From Malacoraja senta (taxonomy: Eukaryota): a DNA stretch of 64,000 bases. Below, piece by piece: positions 34,761 to 45,095 of the stretch. The notes beneath the pieces are model-generated. The model ran no database searches, was not told where the DNA came from, and saw only the letters and a list, made by a program, of their open reading frames with translations. A program made the translations under genes and the position numbers. Positions within the stretch are counted from its first letter, which is position 1. Each line of letters begins with the position of its first letter. The DNA is taken from the NCBI GenBank assembly GCA_038087875.1, contig CM075995.1, positions 1,552,001 through 1,616,000 on the forward strand, given 5' to 3'.

Positions 34761-35752
34761 CTTCAGTGGAGGAGGAGCCATGTTGGGGAACGGCTGCTAA
34801 GCAGCAGCCGTCCGTTTAATTCACTTTTTTGTTATAGTTTCAGTGTGTCCAGTGTCTCGTCCATTGGAGTAATCTACTTTTTAAATGTAGGGTGAATGGG
34901 GGTAACTATAGTCTAGGTCCCTACCTGGTCGGTGAGGCAGCTTTTTCTCCGAGCTGCCCCGTCGACCCATCCTCGTGGCCTACCAACGGGCATGGAGCAC
35001 CGTTTCCTGGCGGGGACCGCCCAGCACCTCGGCTTCGGTGGCGGCACAGCACTGGAGCGCTATCGCGGAGCGGAGCGGGCGATGCCTTGCCTGGGTCACC
35101 GCGCTGGATCGACGCGCTGGAGCTCCGGTGAGCTGTGACCACCGAGCTCAACACCTCCGGGCTGCGGGACTGTGGAGAGGATCGGGCGGCGCAGACTTTA
35201 ACATCGGGAGCCTGGGGGCTCCAAACCAGCGCGGCCTTGTCGGCTTCGGAAGCCGCGGCCTCTGGTAAGGAATGTGGCCGTTCCAGGTGGCCCAGCCGCT
35301 GAAAGGACTCTCCCGACGCCGGGGCAACAGCACCCGGCGAGAACGGCCAGGAACATCGGGCCTCCGTAGAGGCAATAGCGGAGGCCTCAATAGGCCTGAC
35401 TTTGGGGAGAACTGGGGTTGGGGACTGGACATTGTGCCTTCCCCCACAGTGGTAACCATTGTGGGGGGATGATTTTTGTGTGTGCTGTCTATGTTAGTCT
35501 GTGTCCAAGATGGCGGTCGGAAGGGAGAGTGTACGCTGGCGCGGTTTGGCTGCCGCTGGTCTCCCTTCACATTGTGTTTCTGAATTTTTTGTTGTTGTTT
35601 TTTGGATCGAATTTCTGTCTTTAATTTGTGTATTGGTGATGTCTTTATAACTTATTTTACTCCGGTTATATGTTTCTTTGTTAAATTTTGTAAGGTGTCC
35701 TTGAGACTTTTGTATAGGCGCCCACAAATAAAATCTATTATTATTATTATTA
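34761..35752 (+). mobile_element. GC-rich non-coding retroposon with (att)n tail, inserted into a hammerhead repeat
   Basis: Splits ctgaagaagggtctc|...aaaggtcgcc; ends aaataaaatct(att)n. Confidence 0.55.
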
Positions 35753-35987
35753 TTAAAAGGTCGCCTATTCCTCCTCTCCAGAGATGCTGCCTGACCCGCT
35801 GAGTTACTCCAGCTGTTTGTGTGTATCTTTTGTTGTTGACCCTGCTGCATAAAGTTTCCCCCAGGGTAAGGTTCCTGTGTTCGGAGCCAAGAGGGCCTGG
35901 CCAGCAGCTCCTTGTCCCAGCTACGTGTTCTTGCCATAAACGCTGTGCTGGTGGGTTCATTCCATCCAATTTCTTTCATCTACAGAA

Positions 35988-36416
35988 TCTTTTCCGTGGA
36001 TTGTCACCTTGTCGTGGTGGAGAAGCTTGTGTGGACCTGAGATCCTGAGAGCGATGCCGTCTGGAGCTATGCTCCCGGTAGGGCCACCCATGGCGGTAAG
36101 GTCGAGGGGGAGGTCTCTGACAAAGGGCAATCCAACCAAGACCTCAACGGTGGAACAGGCGGAGGACGATGGCTGACCTTAGTGGAGCTTCACAACGGCT
36201 GGGAAGGCAGATGACGGCTGCTGCAGAAAAGGGTCCTCGGTCGTGTTGGACTTCATGCCACTGGATCCTGACCCAGATCTGTCAAGGACCGTGTGGTGGC
36301 TGTCTGTGCACCAGTCTCCCCATGTTAAACAAAGTCACGCACATGCTTCCTCCATATAGGGAATAGCACCCTGGAGACACCCATGGTCAGCCATGACCGA
36401 AGGGGGCCTAAGAAGA
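35988..36416 (+). mobile_element. RTE (BovB/Expander-like) 5'UTR-derived non-autonomous element
   Basis: ccttgtcgtggtgga...gagctatgc..agggccaccca...ctgacaaa resembles RTE 5'UTRs as I recall them; aagaag tail; possible acagaa TSD. Confidence 0.65.
35989..36045 (+). ncRNA. Candidate HDV-like fold at the RTE 5' end
   Basis: P1 CUUUUCC/GGAGAAG, P2 GGAUU/GAUCC, P3 ACC/GGU, L3 UUGUCGU. Confidence 0.45.
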
Positions 36417-36489
36417 ACAGAACGGAACAATAGGTTATACCCCAAATGTACCCGAGTGAACCGACCACAACTGCTTGTATAAATTCCAC

Positions 36490-37360
36490 ATAGAGTCATA
36501 GAGTGCTACAGTGTGGAAACAGGCCCTTCGGCCCAACTTACCCACACCGCCCAACATGTCCCATCTACACTAGAATTATCTGCCTGCGCTTGGCCCATAT
36601 CGCTCCAAACTCGTCCTATCCACCATGTACCTGTCTAATTGTTTCTTACATTTTAGACAATAGACAATAGACAATAGGTGCAGGAGTAGGCCATCCGGCC
36701 CTTCGAGCCAGCACCGCCATTCAATGTGATCATGGCTGATCATCCACATTTAGTACCCCATTCCTGCCTTCTCCCCCATATCCCCTGACTCCACTATCTT
36801 TAAGAGCTCTGTCTAACTCTCTCTTGAAAGTATCCAGAGAATTGGCCTCCACTGCCCTCTGAGGCAGGGAATTCCACAGATTTACAACTCTCTGTGTGAA
36901 GAAGTCTTTCCTCGTTTCCGTTCTAAATGGCCTACCCCTTATTCTTAAACTGTGGCCCCTGGCTCTGGACTCCCCCCAACATCGAGAATGTGTTTCCTAA
37001 CTCTAGTGTGTCCAAACCCTTAATCGTCCCGTGATTTTATACACCTCTATAAGACCACCCCTCATCCTTTTTAGATATTTTTTAGATTAGATATTTATTT
37101 GTTGTCATTTGAACCTAAGTTCAAATGAAATTCTGTTTCTCCAGTCATACAAACAAGTAAAAAGAACCAAGACACAACACAATTTACACAAACATCCATC
37201 ACAGTGAATCTCCTCCTCGCTGTGATGGAAGGCAAAGTCTTATCCTCCTCTGCGCTCCAAGGAATAGAGACCCAGCCTACTCGACCTCTCCCTTTAACTC
37301 AGACCCTCTAGTCCTGGCAACATCCTGGTAAATCTTCTCTGAACCTTTTCAAGCTTGTTA
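36490..37360 (-). mobile_element. Nested CR1 3' fragments
   Basis: Two CR1 UTR types and ORF2 C-terminal remnants. Confidence 0.75.
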
Positions 37361-38225
37361 TCCTGAGCAATATGAGAAATGATATGTTGCAGCAAGGCTG
37401 GCGCTGTGGCACAGCGGTACAGATGCTGCTTTACAGCACCAGAGACCCAGGTATGGTGCTGGCTAATTGGCTTTGGTAAAATTGTACCTGGTGTGTAGGA
37501 TAGAGCGAGTGTACGGGGTGATCGCTGGTCGGCATGGATTCGATGGGCCAAAGGGCCTGTTTCCACGCTGTATAGGTTTAAAAGTGTCACTGTGGTAGAG
37601 ATGCTGTCTTACAGCGCCTGGGTACAGAGACCTGGAGTTGATCCTGACCAGGGATTTTGTCGGTATGGAGTGTGAACGTTCTCCCTGTGACCACGTTGTG
37701 ATTCTCTGTGTAACTCAGCGGGTCTGGCAGCATCTGCCGGAGTGGGTAGTTGAGGCAACTCTGGAGCACCTGGAGAAACACCAGCTGGCCCATGGTAACA
37801 GGGAGAACATACTAACTCCGTACCGACAGCACCCATAATCAGGATCGAACCCGGGTCTCAGGCACTGTCAGGCAGCGACTCTACCTCTGCGCCACCGTGA
37901 CAACTTCAAGACGTGTATCTTTCTGTGGTAATTGGACTGTCTAAAATGTCACCTAAAGTTCCCCTAATGGGAGTGACTGAGAAAGTCGGATAACGTAGAA
38001 TGGGCGATCGATGGTCGGCGCGGACTCGGTGGGCCGATGGGCCTGTTTCCTTGCTGTATCTCCAAACTAAACTAATCTGAACTTAACGGAGCTAAACAAT
38101 GGCAAAGTCAACAAAAATGAGTTGGAGCATAATTGTAAAAATCCATGCAATAGTAAGTATTAAAGGCAGCCCTTTGTTAATAAAGCACAATTCAATTAAT
38201 CATGAGTATGTCCGTGGAGAGATGT

Positions 38226-38712
38226 CTTCTTCTTCCTCTTCCTCTTCCTCTTCCTCTTCCTCTTCCCCTTCTCCTTCTCCTTCTCCTTCTCCTTCTCCTT
38301 CGCCTTCTCCTTCTCCTTCTCCTTCTTCTTCTTCTTCTCCTTCTCCTTCTTCTTCTTCCTCTTCCTCTTCCTCTTCCTCTTCCTCTTCCTCTTCCCCTTC
38401 TCCTTCTTCTTCTTCTTCTTCCTCTTCCTCTTCCTCTTCCCCTTCCCCTTCCCCTCCTTCTCCTTCTCCTTCTCCTTCTCCTTCTCCTTCTCCTTCTCCT
38501 TCTCCTTCCCCTTCCCCTTCCCCTTTCCCTTCTTCTCCTTCTCCTCCTTCTTCTCCTCCTTCTTCTTCTTCTTCTCCTTCCCCTTCTCCTTCTCCTTCTC
38601 CTTCTCCTCCTTCTCCTTCTCCTTCTCCTTCTCCTTCTCCTTCTCCTTCTCCTTCTCCTTCTCTTTCTCCTTCTCCTTCTCCTTCTTTTTCTTCTCCTTC
38701 TCCTTCTCCTTC
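38226..38712. repeat. Homopyrimidine (CTT/CCT/TCTCCT)n tract
   Basis: About 490 bp, all C/T apart from one G that I noticed. Confidence 0.97.
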
Positions 38713-38841
38713 TTGCGTGTGGCGTGCACAGCCTAAACTTGTAGGCCAACTTGTTCTATTTGATCTTATTTGATTGTGCACGCCAGGTTGACTGCATTCG
38801 TCGAAACAGGACCACGTGAAGGTTGCAATCTCCCACCTCAA
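38713..38841 (-). mobile_element. Ribozyme-headed short retroposon, copy 2
   Basis: Aligns with 23029-23154; its tail runs into the purine tract. Confidence 0.85.
38790..38839 (-). ncRNA. Minimal HDV-like ribozyme fold (copy 2, 4-nt deletion in the P1 3' strand)
   Basis: GAGGUGG GA GAUUGCA ACC UUCACGU GGU CCU G UUUCGA CGAA UGCAGUC. Confidence 0.65.
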
Positions 38842-39512
38842 CAGGCAGTGCAAGATGACCATATTTCTCGAGTCATAGTCATACAGGGTGCAAACAGGTG
38901 AAAAAACAACAACATTTGAATAACTTTCAACTCGGGTTCGATCCCGACTAAGGGTGCTGTCTGTACGGAGTTTGCACGTTCTCCCCGTGACCTGCGTGGG
39001 TTTCCTCTGAGATCTTCGGTTTCCTCCCACACTCCAAAGACGTACAGGTTTGTAGGTTAATTGGCTTGGGATAAGTGTAAATTGTGCCTAGTGTGTGTAG
39101 GATAGTGTTAAGGTGGGGAGATCGCTGGTCGGCGCGGTCTCGGTGGGCCGAAGGGCCTGTTTCCGCACTGTGTCTTTAAACTAAAATAATAAACTTTTTG
39201 AACATTGCAGAGAACTTATTAAATATTAGAACCTATATTAATAAAGAAGCTGAAATATCAAAAATCAATAGGTTTTGAAAATCTGCCTTTTAAAATACTT
39301 ATGTGGGGAATACCATTGTGAGATTGGAGTCATAGAGACATAGAGTGTAGAAACAGGCCCCTTGGCCTAACTTGCCCACGCCGACCAACGTCCCATCTAC
39401 ACTGGTCCCACCCACCTGCGTTTGGCCCATATCCCTCTACACCTGTCCTATCCATGTACCTGTCTAAATGTTCCTTAAACGTTGACGATCGTCCCTGCAG
39501 ATCTCGTCTAAT

Positions 39513-39810
39513 CAGCACGGTGGCGCAGCGGTAGAGTTGCTGCCTTACAGCACCGGAGACCCGGGTTCGATCCCGACCACGGGTGCTGTCTGCGCGGGGT
39601 TTGTACGTTCTCCCCGTGGGTTTTCTCCGAGATCTTCGGCTTCATCTCACACTCCAAAGACATACAGGTTTGTAGGTTAATTGGCTTGGTATAAGTGTAA
39701 ATTGTCCCCAGTGTGTGTGTATAGGGTAGCGATAATGTGCGGGGATCGCTGGTCGGCGAGGACTCGGTGGGCCGAAGGGCCTGTTTCCGCGCCGTATCTC
39801 TGAACTGAAC
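39513..39810 (+). mobile_element. HE1-like V-SINE (further copies at about 2370, 15890, 26925, 31600, 37400, 37790, 38930, 40495, 47105, 55695)
   Basis: A box ggtggcgcagcggtag, B box ggttcgatcc, CR1-type 3' end. Confidence 0.88.
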
Positions 39811-42004
39811 GAAGCGTTTTTCTCATTTGACTGCAGCCCGCAAAAAAATCGCCACGATGAAACGTTTCAAAACTAACACGCTGGAATTAACGGGTTGAGC
39901 AGTTTGCTTGCCAATGATCATTGCACTTTGCACAGATTTCATTATTAAGGGTTTGCTACGGTACAGATGCCCTTCCACATTTTCTGATAATTAGCAACCA
40001 ACAAAACAAAAAAAATCCAATTATGTGCAGCCATGCCGTGCTTTTACGTGTCGCTCATACATGGTGTCAAGAATATTCAGCAGCAGAACTATACGTTATA
40101 AAACATTAAATTGCACCGAGATTGCAACATGTTTTTTTCAAATGGGAACAGTCAATCAATTTATTTTGATCAACCATCCCAAGTACAGAAGAGGCTTTCA
40201 AAACAAGGGCCATAATATCTAATTTGCAATAAATAATTTTCAATGCTGTTACACTGCAGAACGCCCTCCGTGGTATAAGCTCATAAGGTCATAAGTGATA
40301 GGAGCAGAATTACTCGACTCCGCCATTCAATCATGGCTGATCTATCTCTCCCTTCTAACCCCATTCTCCTGCCTTCTCCCCATAACCCCCGACACCCGTA
40401 CTAATCAAGAATCAAGTAACGTGTCATAGAGTTACAGAGTCATACAGTGTGGAAACAGGCCCTTCGGCCCAACTTGCCCACACACCGACCAATATGTTTA
40501 GTTTCGATGAGTTTAGAGATACAGCGCGGATACAGGCCCTACTGCCGACCGGGTCCGCGCCGAACAGCGATCCCCGCACATGAACGCTATCCTATTCACA
40601 CGAGGGACGATTTACAACTATACCAAACCAATTAACCTACAAACCTGTACGTCTTTAGAGTGTGGGGGGAAACAGAAGATCTCAGAGAAAAACCACTTAC
40701 ATCACGGGGAGAACGTACAACCTCCGTACAGACGCGCCCGTAGTCAGGATCAAACCCGGGGTCTCTGGTGCTGTAAGGCAGCAAATCTACCACTGCGCCA
40801 CCGTGCTGCCCTATGTCCCATCTACATTATGTCCCATCTACATGAATCCGCTTGCCTGTATTTGGCCCATATCCCTCTAAACCTGCCCTATCAGACAATG
40901 AATGGTAGGGCTCTGGGTAGTGTTGTAGAGCAGAGGGATCTAGAAGAGCAGGTACATAGTTCCTTGAAGGTGGTGTTACAGGTAGATAGGGTGTGCCAAA
41001 AGGCTTTTGTCACATTGGCCTTCATCAGTCATGGAGTATTGAGTATAGACGTTGGGAGGTCATGTTGCAGTTGTACAAGACGTTGGTGTCAATCTAACAT
41101 TGTTACCCTAAACCTGGAGTGGGTTTGAACTCAAATTTATTAATTTCAATCAACAGTATGGTGAACCAAGCCACGTTATAACATTCCCACGGACTTGCTT
41201 TTTTACTAATTATGTTTTTATTCTGAAAGATCATAAAGTCCTGAAGTAACTCAGCAGGTCAGGCAGCATCTCAGGAGAACATAGATAGTCGATGTTAGTC
41301 ATAGGTCATAAGGAATAGGATTAGAATTAGGCCATTCGGCCCATCAAGTCTACGCTATTCAATCATGGCTGATCTATCTCTTCCTCCTAACCCCATTCTC
41401 CTGCCTTCTCCACATAACCTCTGACACGTGCACTAATCAAGAATCTATCTATGCCTGCCTTAAAAATATCCACTTCAGTGGCAAAGAATTCCACAGATTC
41501 GCCACCCTCTGACTAAAGAAACTTCTCCTCATCTCCTTCCTAAAAGGACGTCCTTTAATTCAGAGGCTACGATCTCTAGTCCTAGGCTCTCCCACTAGTG
41601 GAAGGTCCACGCATTCTCTTTCGAACCCCATTTCCCTTTCCTCTTGGCCGGCTGCTTATAAACGCTGGCAACAGAGGTACTAGGCAACATGCCACTTCGT
41701 ATAAACGCTAAGCTGTTTGTTTGCGAGCTGTTCCTGCAGAGTGTTCGCGTTAATTTGTGCAATTTATGTCAAGTGCACTCAACGGCTAATGACATTATTC
41801 ATGGGCTGTTCTTTAACGACATTAATCACAGGCCGATAGCAGAAGAGAGGTTTCAGGGCTGGGATATATATGGAGAGGGAGACTGGATCGCAAGGCAAGA
41901 CCATCAGGCGAGAGGTGCCACCGTTCTCACCAGCAAATCGTCGTGGGTTAGTTGGATGAAATTTCACCCCCAAATACCTGTGCTCCTGCACCTGTTCATA
42001 CGTA

Positions 42005-42331
42005 TGTGCCCGTCCCACCTACGCGACTTTTTCGGCGACTGCCGGCACCCGCCATAGGTCGTTACAGGTCGCCGAAAATGTTCAACATGTTGAAAATCCA
42101 GCGGGGACCAGAACAAAGTACGGCTCTTTGGGCGATTACTCACGACCATACAGGCTTCACACCGCGACACGCCTGTATTGTCGTGAGTAGTCTCCTCAGT
42201 CGCCCAAAGAGTCGCAGCGTCTTTCTGGCCGCCGCTGAATTTTCAACATGTTGAACATTTTCGCCGACCTGCAACGACCTATGACGGGTGCCGGAAGTCG
42301 CCGAAAAAGTCGCGTAAGTGGGGCAGGCCCA
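42005..42331. mobile_element. PIF/Harbinger-like MITE
   Basis: Long TIRs gtcccacctacgcgactttttcggcgac / gtcgccgaaaaagtcgcgtaagtgggg. Confidence 0.8.
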
Positions 42332-43281
42332 TTTGAATCACAGAGTCCATAGATTCATACAGCATGGAAACAGGCCCAACCTGCCCACAGCGGCCAACAT
42401 TTCCCATCTAGTCCCACCTGCCCGCATTTGGACCATATCCCTCCAAACCTGACCTGTCCATGTACCTGTCTGACAGTTTCTAAAATGTTAGGATAGTCTC
42501 TGCTTCAACTACCTCCTCTGGTGGCTCGTTCCATACACCCACCACACCTTTGTGTGAAAATCTAACCCACATTAGTCAGGAAATGGTGTTAGGACTGTTG
42601 GGACTGAAGACAGATAAATCCCCAGAGCCTGATGGTCCACATCCCAGAGTACTCAAGGAGGTGGCCCTAGAAATCGTGGATGCATTGGTGATCATTTTCC
42701 AATGTTCACTCGACTCTGAATCAGTTCCTGTGGACTGGAGGGTAACCAATTTAACTCCACTTCAAAAAAAAGAAGGGAGAGAGAAAGCAGTGAATTATAG
42801 ACCAGTTAGCCTTACATCGATCGGTAGTGGGGAAGATACTGGAGTCGATTATTAAAGATGTAATAGCAGCGCATTTGGAAAGCAGTGACAGGATCGGTCA
42901 AAGTCAGCATGGATTTATGAAGGGGAACTCATGCTTGACTACTCTTCTGGAATTTTTTGAGGATGTAACATATAGAATGGATAAGGGAGAGCCAGTGGAT
43001 GTGGCATAGCTGGACTTTCAAAAAGCCTTTGACAAGGTCCCACACTGTCAGAAGGCTCAGGAATGGAAAGGACTCAAATGCAGGCTCACCGGGAAGTACT
43101 GAAGAAAACCCCAAATCCAAACGCGAGTGGAACCGAAAAATATAGACCTGGAACCGACAGAAGTCAGGACTGCTATCGAACCAACAGAATGCAGAACTGA
43201 TTAGTCAGCACCCAATTGGTGATGATCTCAGGTATTTATACAACGTGATAGATTAGGGGAGCAGATTAAATGCAGGTGTTA

Positions 43282-43611
43282 AAGCCCTGTCCCACGGTAC
43301 GAGTTCATTCCAAGAGCTCTCCCGAGTTTGCCCTGATTCGAACTCGGAGATTTACGGTAATGGCCACTCGTCGGTACTCGGGGCTCTCTTGGACATTTTT
43401 CAACATGTTGAAAAATCTTCACGAGTCTTCCCGTGCTTACCTGCCGTTAGCGAGTCTCTCCGAGTATCTGCCGTTAGCGTAACGAGCCGCTAAGAGACGT
43501 CCCCGAACTCCGACGTACCCGCTACGTTCATTTTCCATGCTTACCACGAGTTTGATTTTTTTTAAACTCGGGAGAGCTCTTGGAATGAACTCGTACCGTG
43601 GGACAGGTCTT
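43282..43611. mobile_element. PIF/Harbinger-like MITE inside the LTR
   Basis: Near-perfect TIRs of about 48 bp, TWA flanks. Confidence 0.85.
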
Positions 43612-44545
43612 TAACTCCTAATAGCTCAGGGGAGGAGTGTGGAAAGTGTCTCAGCGCTGGTGGAACTCGCACGTCTCCGCCTTGACAAACAGCTGCTTCT
43701 CCCGTAGCCACTGCAGGACGAGACGGACATGGCGGGTACGTTCCGATGCAGAGCCAGAGTAGATGAGGATGTCATCCAGGTAAACGAAGACAAACATGGC
43801 TCCAGCATGTCCTGGAGCACATCATTGACCAGAGCCTGGAAGACAGCCAGCGCGCTGGTCAGGCCGAAGGGCATTACGATGCCCGCTGGGTGTGTTGAAG
43901 GCCACTCATCTCCTTCCTTGATGCGAACCAAATGGTAGGCATTGCATAGATCCAGCTTGGTAAACATGGTGGCATGGTGCAGGCAGCTGAAGACAGACGA
44001 GATGACTGGCAATGGGGCAACGGTTTTTGACAGTGACGTCATTCAGGTCTCGATGGTCAATGCAAGGGCGAAGGTCGCCATCCTTCTTACTCACAATGAA
44101 AATTCCCGTCCCGGCGGGAGAGGAGTATGGACGAATTAAAACAGCTCCGAAATGTATCTCTCCATGTCGTTGGTCTCAGGAGCAGAGAGCGAGTACACAC
44201 GACCGCGGGGTGGAGAAGTACCGGATAATAAGTCAATGGCACAATCATAAAGGCGGTGAGGAGGTAAAGAGGTAGCTCGGGACTTGCAGAAGACCTCTAT
44301 CAGGTCATGATACTCGGATGGTACTTTGGACAGGTCAGGATTGTCACTAGGAGCAACAGACACAGAGATGAGGGGAAGACAAGCGGAGCGAAGACAATTA
44401 ACGTGTCAATCCTCCCCCAAAGTGGAGATCTTGCCATTGGACCAGTCTACGGTGGGGTTGTGAGTAGTCAGCCAAGGCCGACCCAGAACGACAGGGACAG
44501 GAGGTGAATTTAGCAGAAGCAACTGAATTCTCTCCTGGTGGTTTC

Positions 44546-45095
44546 AATAGACAATAGACAGTAGACAATAGGTGCAGGAGTAGGCCATTCGGCCCTTCGA
44601 GCCAGCACCGTCATTCAATGTGATCATGGCGGATCATCCCCAATCAGTATCCCGTTCCTGCCTTCTCCCCATATCCCCTGACTCCGCTATTTTTAAGAGC
44701 CCTATCTAGCTCTCTCTTGAAAGCATCCAGAGAACCTGTCTCCACCGCCCTCTGAGGCAGAGAATTCCACAGACTCGCCACTCTCTGCGAGAAAAAGTGT
44801 TTCCTCGTCTCCGTTCTAAATGGCTTACCCCTTATTCTTAAACTGTGGCCCCTGGTTCTGGACTCCCCCAACATCGGGAACATGTTTCCTGCCTCTAGCG
44901 TGTCCAAACCCTTAACAATTTTATATGTTTCAATGAGATATCCTCTCATCCTAAACTCCAGAGTGTACAAGCCCAGCTGCTCCATTCTCTCAGCATATGA
45001 CAGTCCCGCCATCCCGGGAATTAACCTTGTAAACCTACGCTGCACTCCCTCAATAGCAAGAATGTCCTTCCTCAAATTTATGTTTCCATAATTGT
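44546..45095 (-). mobile_element. Young CR1 3' fragment, absent from duplicate copy 2
   Basis: gtttc TSD, 143-aa open C-terminus, (tctattg)n tail. Confidence 0.9.

Noticed and set aside
38099..39030. Poly-Ser/Pro, poly-Arg, poly-Glu/Gly and poly-Leu ORFs
   Set aside because: Simple-repeat artefacts.
39513..39580. tRNA gene
   Set aside because: This is the tRNA-derived head of a SINE that continues into the SINE body.
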